In this document: one piece after another, positions 1-8,004 of the stretch
How positions within the stretch are numbered: the stretch's first letter is position 1
Layout of the letters: every line of letters starts with the position of its first letter
NCBI RefSeq assembly: GCF_000025945.1
Contig: NC_006138.1
Coordinates: 840,001-872,000, forward strand
DNA length: 32,000 nt
DNA from: Desulfotalea psychrophila LSv54
GTDB lineage: Bacteria > Desulfobacterota > Desulfobulbia > Desulfobulbales > Desulfocapsaceae
Reading direction: 5' to 3'
Notes under the pieces: generated by a model
Seen by the model: the letters and a program-made list of their open reading frames with translations, nothing else
What the model was told of the DNA's origin: nothing
Databases searched by the model: none
Made by a program: the position numbers and the translations under genes

Positions 1-1791
1 AAGACCGTTTTGAGCGCCGAGGCTGACAATTACCGGGGCCATTAGGGTCGATACCACGATATAGTTTGCTGTGGTGGGCAGTCCCATTCCCAAGAGGAGG
101 GAAATTACGGCGGTAAAAATGAGGATGAGCATCAGGTTGCCGCCGGAAATAAATTCGACAAACTCGGTCATAACCAGACCGATACCGGTGAGGGTTACGG
201 TGCCAACTACCAGGCCTGCGGCGGCCGTGGCAACACCGATGCCGATCATATTACGTCCACCTGCTACCATTCCGTTGATAAGTTCACTCGCACCCCGATT
301 CCACTGAGACTCTTTCGCCTCGATTTTACGAAAGAAGGATTTGAGGGGGTGCTGGGTGACCACAATGACCATCAGCAATATCGTTGCATAGAATGCAGAG
401 AGAGCGGGTGAGAGTCGTTCCACCGTCAGGCACCACATGAGGACAACAATGGGCAGGAGGTAATAGTAGCCTGCCTGGGCAGTTGAACCCAGATCAGGTA
501 GTTCTTTGATTTCAGTGTCAGTGGGAAGCTCTGGGACACGGCAGGCCAGTTTAACCAAGAGGAGATAGGCGATAACCAGCAGGGTCATGACAATGTAGAT
601 TGTTGCATCACCAGCAAGCTCCTTGATCCAGCCCATGCCGTAGTAAACAGCTGCTCCGGTAACCACAAAGACAAGTATGGTTGCCACGAATCCGAGCAGT
701 GACTGAGCAAGAGTCTTCTTGTGTCGCTTCTTCAGCCCCTTGAGATCCATCTTACATGCTTCAAGGTGAACAATATATACCAGAGCAATATAGGAGATAA
801 TGGCCGGTAAGAATGCGTGTTTAATAACTTCGATATAGGAGATACCAACATACTCGACCATAAGGAAGGCCGCCGCCCCCATAACAGGCGGGGTAAGTTG
901 ACCATTGGTGGACGAGGCAACTTCCACGGCCCCTGCTTTCTCTGCGCTGAAGCCCACTTTTTTCATCAGGGGGATGGTGAAGGTCCCGGTGGTAACAACA
1001 TTTGCAATCGAGGAGCCTGAAACAAGTCCTGTCATTGCCGAGGCCACAACGGCAGCCTTTGCCGGACCTCCACGCATATGGCCAAGGCCTGCGAAGGCGG
1101 TACGGATGAAATAGTTTCCAGCCCCGGCTGATTCCAGGAGGGAGCCGAAGAGGACAAACATAAAGACCATGCCCGTTGAGACACCAAGGGCCACGCCAAA
1201 AACACCTTCGGTGCTCAGCCAGTAATGAGACATGCCTTTGGCAATGCTCGCCCCTTTATGGGCAATAATATCGGGCATGATGGAGCCTGCAAAGGTGTAG
1301 AAGATAAATACCGAGGCCACCACCATAAGGGGGGGGCCGAGTGCTCTTCTGGTTGCTTCAAGCAGGAGGATAATGCCGACGATGGATACAGCTATATCTA
1401 TGCTTGTTGGATCTCCGGGACGATCGGCAAGTTGGGTGTAAAAGATAAATATATAGGCAGAAGATGCCGCTGCAATAAACCCTATAAGCCAGTCCTGCCA
1501 AGGGATGTAGGACCTGGGCGATGAGGAAAGTGTTGGGAAGGCGACATAGGCGAGGAACATGGCAAAGGCAAGGTGGATCGCCCGTGCCTGGGTTGCGTTG
1601 ATGACAAAAATATTCAACATAAATGGCAGGGGCGATGCGTACCATAGTTGAAAGAATGTCCACATCAGGGGGATGAAAAAGAGAACTTTTTTGGAAAAAG
1701 CTCCCAACGGGGCACGTCCCCCTGTGTCGGCATCAGCAATCATCTCTTCTAGTTGATGATCGTTGAGGGTGGTTTCTGTCGGTTTAGTCAT
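1..1791 (-). CDS. TRAP transporter fused permease (TAXI-type 4TM/12TM fusion), 3' end runs off the window
   Basis: Absent from the ORF track because it is truncated. Manual translation from ATG (complement of 1789-1791) gives MTKPTETTLNDHQLEEMIADADTGGRAPLGAFSKKVLFFIPLMWTFFQLWYASPLPFMLNIFVINATQARAIHLAFAMFLAYVAFPT, a typical N-terminus for this family. AAGGAG SD lies at complement 1799-1804. I saw no stops in this frame in the stretches I checked (1-240 and 1560-1791). It sits directly downstream of a TAXI binding-protein gene. Confidence 0.85.
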   Translation of the reverse strand, partial: MTKPTETTLNDHQLEEMIADADTGGRAPLGAFSKKVLFFIPLMWTFFQLWYASPLPFMLNIFVINATQARAIHLAFAMFLAYVAFPTLSSSPRSYIPWQDWLIGFIAAASSAYIFIFYTQLADRPGDPTSIDIAVSIVGIILLLEATRRALGPPLMVVASVFIFYTFAGSIMPDIIAHKGASIAKGMSHYWLSTEGVFGVALGVSTGMVFMFVLFGSLLESAGAGNYFIRTAFAGLGHMRGGPAKAAVVASAMTGLVSGSSIANVVTTGTFTIPLMKKVGFSAEKAGAVEVASSTNGQLTPPVMGAAAFLMVEYVGISYIEVIKHAFLPAIISYIALVYIVHLEACKMDLKGLKKRHKKTLAQSLLGFVATILVFVVTGAAVYYGMGWIKELAGDATIYIVMTLLVIAYLLLVKLACRVPELPTDTEIKELPDLGSTAQAGYYYLLPIVVLMWCLTVERLSPALSAFYATILLMVIVVTQHPLKSFFRKIEAKESQWNRGASELINGMVAGGRNMIGIGVATAAAGLVVGTVTLTGIGLVMTEFVEFISGGNLMLILIFTAVISLLLGMGLPTTANYIVVSTLMAPVIVSLGAQNGL

Positions 1792-2144
1792 GCTTCGACT
1801 CCTTTTTAGTAAAATACGGAAAGCTGCCGCCGTAGTGGGTATGTAAATAGCTCTGAATTGTCTTATGCCCTATTGGACAAAGATAAATAGCCCACGAGTC
1901 TGTAACACGTAGATTTCCTAAAACAGCAAATAAATAGATAGTTGCTCTGATGATATGCTATGTAAAGACTAACAGAAAACTAGATAAAAAATAAGAAAAG
2001 GTTCTTATTTTAAGGGTGAAAATAGTAGCTGTTGGAAAATATTCCACCAATAAAAATTGGGGGAAGCGCAATCTGTGGCCTATACTTGTCCACTTCAGCA
2101 AGCTGAGGTGGAAAAGCATAGGCGGTCTACAATAAACGAAAGGC

Positions 2145-3122
2145 CTACATTAAACCAGCTTCTTTGTAGTACTTCACCGCACCGGGATGAAGAGGTGCTG
2201 AGAGACCATCTTTGATCATCTCTTCTTTTTTCAGGTTAGCAAAGGCTGGATGCAGCTTTTTGAAGGTATCAAAGTTTTCAAATACAGATTTGACAACGGT
2301 GTAAACAACCTCATCGGGTACATCGGTGGAGGAAACGAGGGTTGCTCCAACGCCAAAGGTTTTCGCATCTTCAGGATTACCACGGTACATGCCGCCCGGG
2401 ATGGTGGCGATTCGGTAGTAATCATTGTCGGCAACGAGTTTATCAACAGCTGGGCCATCTACATTGACCAAAACTGCTTCGCAGGAGGTAGTGGCCTCTT
2501 TGATGGAACCGTTTGGATGTCCTGCTGCAAAGACGATGGCATCAACCTTGTTGTCACAGAGGGCCTTAGCCTGTTCGGACGCTTTGAGCTGAGAGATCAA
2601 CTTGAAATCATCTCTGGTCCAACCGATTGCCTTGAGAAGTACAGCGGTGGTGCCGTTCTGGCCGGAACCGGGGTTGCCAATATTGAAGCGCTTGCCCTTG
2701 AGGTCAGTGAAATTTTTAACGCCTGAGTCAGCACGGGCGACAACTGTGTAGGGTTCCGGGTGCAGAGAGAACACAGCACGCAATTTTTTATTTGGTCCCT
2801 TCGCAGCAAATTTGCTTGTGCCGTTATAGGCATGATACTGCCAGTCAGACTGGGCGATTCCCATATCGAGTTCGCCTGCAGCAATTGTGTTGAGGTTATA
2901 TATGGAACCACCGGTAGCCTCAACGTTGGCCCGAATGCCGTGTTTTTTCTGGCCTTTATTTACTAAACGAGCGATGGCAGCGCCTGTGGGGTAATATACA
3001 CCGGTAACGCCACCGGTTCCGATGGTAACAAAGGTTTGGTCTGCTGCAACTGCGCTTGACATGGTAGCAAAAGCGGTTACACAACCAAAAGCGATTGCGG
3101 CCAATATGGATGTTTTTTTCAT
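2145..3122 (-). CDS. TAXI-family TRAP transporter solute-binding subunit (signal peptide present)
   Basis: 325 aa. Signal peptide MKKTSILAAIAFGCVTAFATMSSAVA, then the TAXI-typical TIGTGGVTGVYYPTGAAIARLVN motif. AAGAGG SD upstream. Adjacent to the fused TRAP permease. Confidence 0.9.
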   Translation of the reverse strand: MKKTSILAAIAFGCVTAFATMSSAVAADQTFVTIGTGGVTGVYYPTGAAIARLVNKGQKKHGIRANVEATGGSIYNLNTIAAGELDMGIAQSDWQYHAYNGTSKFAAKGPNKKLRAVFSLHPEPYTVVARADSGVKNFTDLKGKRFNIGNPGSGQNGTTAVLLKAIGWTRDDFKLISQLKASEQAKALCDNKVDAIVFAAGHPNGSIKEATTSCEAVLVNVDGPAVDKLVADNDYYRIATIPGGMYRGNPEDAKTFGVGATLVSSTDVPDEVVYTVVKSVFENFDTFKKLHPAFANLKKEEMIKDGLSAPLHPGAVKYYKEAGLM

Positions 3123-3498
3123 ACATGTACCTCTTTTTTTAGTGGATGGATAAAGGGCCCTTGTCTCTGGGCAGTGGCCAAAGAAAGAAGCTGAATTCTC
3201 TTATGCGAAGCTATTGCAAAGAGATCCCTGCAAACAAGATGGATTCAAGAAAATGAATTCGCTCTCCCTAGTCCACACTGAAATGACGAAAATGTCAAGT
3301 TTTTTGCTTTGTCTGGTCGGAGGGAAAAGTTTTTGGGGTAGGCAACGACTTTGTAGGAAGAATGGCTTGAAATGGCCTTAAGACAGGGTTTTGAACTTGT
3401 CTTTTCAAGAATTTTACGGCATGGCAGAATAAAACTGCTTATGGTACATTAATAGGTTTTATAACTTCTAATCATTAAATATTCACATATAAAATATC

Positions 3499-4008
3499 AT
3501 GGCAATATTAAAAATTTGTACATACCCGGATCCTGTGTTGAGGAAAGAGACTGTGGCTATCACTGTCTTTGATGAAAAATTGGTCAAGCTTACCGAAGAT
3601 ATGGCGGAGACGATGTACGATGCTCCGGGTATTGGTCTTGCTGCTCCGCAAATTGGGGAATCTCTCAAGCTTGTTGTGGTGAGTACTGCTAGGAGGGAAG
3701 ATTCCAAGCAAGAGTATATGGTTATGGCCAATCCTGAAATAGTTGAGAAGGAGGAGAGCCAGGTTGATGAAGAGGGTTGCCTCAGTGTTCCGGAGCTTCT
3801 CGCTATGGTAAAACGGTATCGTAAGATCAAGGTGAACTATCAGGATATAAATGGTGAACCTTGTAGTATGACCGTTGAAGATCGCTTTGCCGTTGTCCTT
3901 CAGCACGAAATTGATCATCTTAACGGAATCCTCTTTTTAGATCATCTTTCTTCCTTAAAGCGTAACCTGTATAAGAAAAAGGTGAAAAAATGGTTTCTTC
4001 CCAGATAG
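3499..4008 (+). CDS. def: peptide deformylase
   Basis: 169 aa with the three deformylase motifs: GIGLAAPQIG, EGCLSVP, HEIDHLNG. Confidence 0.97.
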   Translation: MAILKICTYPDPVLRKETVAITVFDEKLVKLTEDMAETMYDAPGIGLAAPQIGESLKLVVVSTARREDSKQEYMVMANPEIVEKEESQVDEEGCLSVPELLAMVKRYRKIKVNYQDINGEPCSMTVEDRFAVVLQHEIDHLNGILFLDHLSSLKRNLYKKKVKKWFLPR

Positions 4009-4961
4009 AGAGTGAAGAAAAATCTTTGCGGATTATTTTCATGGGCACCCCTGACTTTGCCTCCTCAAACCTTCGGGCCCTGCTTGCGGGACCTGATCAG
4101 GTGGTGGCTGTGGTCACCCAACCAGACCGACCCAAGGGACGTGGAAAAAAATTGACCTCGCCACCGGTGAAGGTAATTGCTGAAGAGGCAGGGCTACCTG
4201 TTTTACAACCCACCAAGGTGCGTACCGATGAATTTCTGGAGGCGCTTGCCGCCTATGCTCCTGATCTTATTGTGGTCACAGCCTATGGTCGTATTCTTCC
4301 TAAGCCCATTCTAGATTTGGCCCCATTGGGCTGTATAAATGTGCATGGTTCACTTCTGCCAAAATATAGGGGGGCAGCACCTATTCAATGGGCGGTTATT
4401 CAGGGTGATGATGAGGTTGGCGTAACTACCATGCAGATGGATGAGGGGATGGATACCGGCGATATTTTGTTGCGTAAAATTATCATTCCTAGTCCTGACG
4501 AGACGGCAGGGACCCTCTTTGACAAACTTGCCGAACTTGGTACCTCTGCCCTATTGGAGACTATTGAAGGTTTGAAGAAAGGAACCATCAGGGCTGAAGC
4601 GCAGGATCATGCTCAGGCAACTGAGGCGCCTATGTTGAGTAAAAACGATGGTTTGATTGATTGGTCACGAACGGCAACGGAGCTAGAGTCTCTTATCCGG
4701 GGTATGGATCCATGGCCCAGTGCCTTCTGTTTTCTGGAGGGGAAACGCCTGCGCCTGTTTATGCCCGAGGTCTCCTATCAAAAGACCGATGCCCAGCCTG
4801 GAGCAGTTTTGCGTGCTGGCAGGGATGGTTTATTGATTGCTACCGGAAAAAATTGTCTGCTGGTTAAAGAGATCCAACCAGAGGGTAAAAAACGTATGAC
4901 AGTCGAGGCCTTTTTATGCGGGGCAAAAATAGGGGCTGAAACAGTCCTGAAAACCACTTGA
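3990..4961 (+). CDS. fmt: methionyl-tRNA formyltransferase
   Basis: 323 aa. N-terminal RIIFMGTPDFA, the HGSLLPKYRGAAPIQWA motif, and a C-terminal Fmt domain. Overlaps the def stop by 19 nt (classic def-fmt operon). AAGGTGA SD before the ATG. Confidence 0.97.
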   Translation: MVSSQIESEEKSLRIIFMGTPDFASSNLRALLAGPDQVVAVVTQPDRPKGRGKKLTSPPVKVIAEEAGLPVLQPTKVRTDEFLEALAAYAPDLIVVTAYGRILPKPILDLAPLGCINVHGSLLPKYRGAAPIQWAVIQGDDEVGVTTMQMDEGMDTGDILLRKIIIPSPDETAGTLFDKLAELGTSALLETIEGLKKGTIRAEAQDHAQATEAPMLSKNDGLIDWSRTATELESLIRGMDPWPSAFCFLEGKRLRLFMPEVSYQKTDAQPGAVLRAGRDGLLIATGKNCLLVKEIQPEGKKRMTVEAFLCGAKIGAETVLKTT

Positions 4962-4967
4962 TACCTT

Positions 4968-6137
4968 ATGTCTCGAATTTGTTATCTTGATTGTTTTTCA
5001 GGGGTCAGTGGCGATATGTTGCTTGGCGCCTTTCTGGATGCAGGGGTTGAGGTCGCGGCCCTGGAGGCAGGTCTGGCAGCCCTTCACCTTGATGATCTGA
5101 TCTTAAGGACAAAGAGGGTGGAGGATTGCGGTCTGTCTGCCATTAAGGTTGATGTGGATTCTTCTCGCCGTCAGAACCTACGTACTTTGCCGGATCTGCT
5201 TCGCATTCTGCAAGAGAGCGATCTGAGCTCGCTGGTACAGGAGCGCGCCGCTTTAGTCTTTACCGCCATAGCTTCAGCAGAGGCTAAAGTACATGGGACA
5301 AGCCTTGAGCAGGTGCATTTTCATGAAATAGGTGCTCTGGATACCATTGCCGATGTAGTGGGTGTTGTTCTCTGTCTGGAACTTCTGCAGATTGATCAGC
5401 TTGTCTGTTCACCTCTGCCCCAACCGCGGGGTTTTATTGACTGTGCCCATGGCAGAATTCCACTGCCTGCACCGGCAGTTTGTGAGATTTTGCGTGGGGT
5501 GCCATCCTATGGAGTTGCTCTGGAGCAGGAGTTGGTGACGCCGACGGGTGCGGCTTTGGTTAAGGCTCTTGTCGGTGCTTTTGGTCAGTTTCCCCCCATG
5601 CAGCAACTGGCAGTCGGGTACGGGGCGGGGAGTCAAAGACTTGCCAATGGTCAGCCTAATCTGCTGCGGATTTTTGTGGGAACCCCTGATGATGTCCTTG
5701 AGGAACAGCAGGTGGAGGTGATTGAGACCAATCTTGATGACTGGAATCCTGAATCTTATCCCTATCTCTGTGAGCGTTTATTTGAACATGGTGCCCTTGA
5801 CGTGAGTCTTGCCCCTATTCAGATGAAAAAGGGGCGTCCTGGATTTTGTCTTCAGGTTATTGCCGGGCGGGAAGATAGTGCTCAACTTAAAGATATTGTC
5901 CTGCTGGAGACAACGGCCCTGGGGCTTCGTTTTCGTTTTGAATATCGCCGCACCCTGCCACGCCGAGAGCTGCATATCGAGAGTCCTTGGGGGACGATGC
6001 GGGTAAAAGAGGTTCAGCGGGGGGGCAGGCGAGTTATTATACCGGAGTATGAAGAGTGCAGACGCGTTGCAGGGGAGTATGACCTGCCACTACAAGAGGT
6101 CTATGGCAGGATCCAAGGATTGAATTTTTATGAATAA
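4968..6137 (+). CDS. larC: LarC-family nickel insertion protein (DUF111; nickel-pincer cofactor biosynthesis)
   Basis: 389 aa. N-terminus YLDCFSGVSGDMLLGAFLDAG and HFHEIGALDTIADVVG are DUF111/LarC signatures as I recall them. Confidence 0.85.
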   Translation: MSRICYLDCFSGVSGDMLLGAFLDAGVEVAALEAGLAALHLDDLILRTKRVEDCGLSAIKVDVDSSRRQNLRTLPDLLRILQESDLSSLVQERAALVFTAIASAEAKVHGTSLEQVHFHEIGALDTIADVVGVVLCLELLQIDQLVCSPLPQPRGFIDCAHGRIPLPAPAVCEILRGVPSYGVALEQELVTPTGAALVKALVGAFGQFPPMQQLAVGYGAGSQRLANGQPNLLRIFVGTPDDVLEEQQVEVIETNLDDWNPESYPYLCERLFEHGALDVSLAPIQMKKGRPGFCLQVIAGREDSAQLKDIVLLETTALGLRFRFEYRRTLPRRELHIESPWGTMRVKEVQRGGRRVIIPEYEECRRVAGEYDLPLQEVYGRIQGLNFYE

Positions 6138-6594
6138 GCTTATTATGATTTTGGCAACGGGATTCTATTCAGGTCTCTTACCCAAGGCTCCGGGCACCTG
6201 GGGTTCTCTGGTGGCGATACTGCTTTGGTTACCGCTTAGGGGACTGAGCTTACCGCACTATTTGCTTATGCTCTTGCTCGTCTTTATCCTGGGCTTTTTG
6301 GTGGCCGGTACAGCCGAAAAATTGATGAATCGTCCAGATGCTGGTGCCATTGTCATCGATGAGATCCTAGGGATGTTTATCACCCTTATGTTTGCTCCAA
6401 ATCACCCTATGGCCTGGTTCATAGGTTTTATCTTTTTTCGTATTTTTGATATTTGGAAACCCGCTCCGGTTTCGTGGTTTGATCAGCATATGCACGGAGG
6501 GCTTGGCATTATGCTTGATGACGTGATGGCAGGTATCTATGCCCTTGCCTCTTTACAGCTCTTTTGGTTTTTCTTTGGGGATTTTCTGATTTAG
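6130..6594 (+). CDS. pgpA: phosphatidylglycerophosphatase A
   Basis: 154 aa. Contains GFYSGLLPKAPGTWGSL, VIDEILGM, IFDIWKP and GIMLDDVMAG motifs typical of PgpA. The start overlaps the larC stop by 8 nt. Confidence 0.9.
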   Translation: MNKLIMILATGFYSGLLPKAPGTWGSLVAILLWLPLRGLSLPHYLLMLLLVFILGFLVAGTAEKLMNRPDAGAIVIDEILGMFITLMFAPNHPMAWFIGFIFFRIFDIWKPAPVSWFDQHMHGGLGIMLDDVMAGIYALASLQLFWFFFGDFLI

Positions 6595-6818
6595 TTGTGT
6601 CTGGTAATCTCTGCTGTGGCTTCGGTGAAATTTGGAATCGTTGTCTTCTCTGAAAGGATTATTGTTTCCAGGCTAGTCTCTGTTGATGCCTTGCTTGGGC
6701 CGCCGCCTATAAGGGTGCCGATAAGCAGGGCACAAAATACAAGAGAGATGTAGATGATAAACATTAAATTACCTGGATCTGTGGTTATCCCTGAACGTGC
6801 TGTTTTTTCGCTTCTCAT
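6591..6818 (-). CDS. hypothetical small membrane protein (single TM)
   Basis: 75-aa ORF with a basic N-terminus and one clear hydrophobic helix (MFIIYISLVFCALLIGTLIGG). A perfect TATAAT lies on the minus strand at complement 6863-6868. The SD is weak, the ORF abuts the convergent pgpA stop, and I recognise no family. Confidence 0.3.
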   Translation of the reverse strand: MRSEKTARSGITTDPGNLMFIIYISLVFCALLIGTLIGGGPSKASTETSLETIILSEKTTIPNFTEATAEITRHN

Positions 6819-6981
6819 AATCTATTCTCTTTTTTGTTGTTAATTATATTAAACTACCCACTATTATATAGAAAACATCTTTGTGACATAGAGATGATGA
6901 AAAAATGACAGATTATGACAGTTTGTCAAGAAAAGCCGGAAAAAATTTGTCTGCTTACGGTCAATAGGTCATAGTTGAGGG

Positions 6982-7698
6982 ATGAGGATGGGATATAAGA
7001 TAGTATTGGTGGAAGATGATGATGTCCTTCGGGCAAATTATAGTCAGGCCCTGGAGCGGGAAGGTTATGTTGTCAGCTGTTATGCCTCTCGCTTAGAGGC
7101 AGAGCGTGCTTTTGTGGAAGAATTACCGGATCTTGCCGTCTTGGATATTATGCTTGGCGAAGAGATGGAGGGCGGGTTTGAGGTGTGCCGTCATCTGCGC
7201 CAACTCTCTCCCACCATTCCCATAATATTTCTTACCGCCCGCAATTCTGACCTGGATAGGGTCTCGGGCCTGCGTCTTGGTGCCTGGGATTATCTGACCA
7301 AGGATACAACGACCCTGGATTTTTTACCGGTGAGGATATCGACTCTCTTTAAGGTTATTGAATCGTTGCAAAGACCAAAGGATGATCTTGGTGTTGAGGT
7401 GCATAGTGGCTCATTGCGAATGAACGAGGATCGCAAACAGGTCTTTTGGCAGGGTCAGCAGGTAAATTTAACCCTGACTGAATTTTGGCTTCTCTATAGT
7501 CTTGCCCGCCGGCCCGGGCATGTGAAATCCCATGATCAGCTTATGGGGGCTGCCAATATTATTGTGACGAATAATGCCATAGCTGCTCATATTCGACGTA
7601 TACGTGATAAGTTCCGTGAGCTTGATGATGCCTTTGATGCTATTCGTACGGAGTATGGTATGGGGTATCGCTGGGTGTTAGATGATATTTCCAGGTAA
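6982..7698 (+). CDS. two-component response regulator, receiver + winged-helix (OmpR/PhoB-type) DNA-binding domain
   Basis: 238 aa. Receiver motifs VLVEDDD, DLAVLDIMLG and IIFLTAR, with LTKD. C-terminal wHTH: LTLTEFWLLYSLARRPGHV...HIRRIRDKF...YGMGYRW. The start could also be the ATG at 6988. Confidence 0.9.
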   Translation: MRMGYKIVLVEDDDVLRANYSQALEREGYVVSCYASRLEAERAFVEELPDLAVLDIMLGEEMEGGFEVCRHLRQLSPTIPIIFLTARNSDLDRVSGLRLGAWDYLTKDTTTLDFLPVRISTLFKVIESLQRPKDDLGVEVHSGSLRMNEDRKQVFWQGQQVNLTLTEFWLLYSLARRPGHVKSHDQLMGAANIIVTNNAIAAHIRRIRDKFRELDDAFDAIRTEYGMGYRWVLDDISR

Positions 7699-7708
7699 AG
7701 GAGGAGAG

Positions 7709-7987
7709 ATGATGGTGACTGCTATTATTTTGCTCAGAGTAGAGCGGACAAAGGTTAATGATGTTGCAGAGAAACTTGCGGATACAGAGGGGGTATCTGA
7801 GGTCTATTCGGTGAGTGGCAGGTATGATCTTATTGTCATTGTCCGGGTGGCGAGCAATGATGATCTTGCCGATCTGGTAACAGAGAAGATGAATCCCATA
7901 AAAGAGATAACCGATTCAGAGACCATGCTTGCCTTTAAGGCCTTTTCGCCCCACGATCTTGAAGCAATGTTTTCCGTTGGTATGTAG
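7709..7987 (+). CDS. stand-alone Lrp/AsnC ligand-binding (RAM) domain protein
   Basis: VTAIILLRVERTKVNDVAEKLADTEGVSEVYSVSGRYDLIVIVRVASNDDLADLVTEKM matches the AsnC_trans_reg fold pattern, and there is no HTH. I place the start at ATG 7709/7712 just after AAAGGAGGAG (7697-7706), not at the track's 7682, which overlaps the RR. Confidence 0.8.
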   Translation: MMVTAIILLRVERTKVNDVAEKLADTEGVSEVYSVSGRYDLIVIVRVASNDDLADLVTEKMNPIKEITDSETMLAFKAFSPHDLEAMFSVGM

Positions 7988-8004
7988 AATTCCGAGAGCG
8001 TATT

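Noticed and set aside
3422-3440. A sigma-54-like TGGCA...TGCT element upstream of def.
   Set aside because: The GG-to-GC spacing is 14 nt rather than the required 12, and def-fmt is not an expected sigma-54 target.
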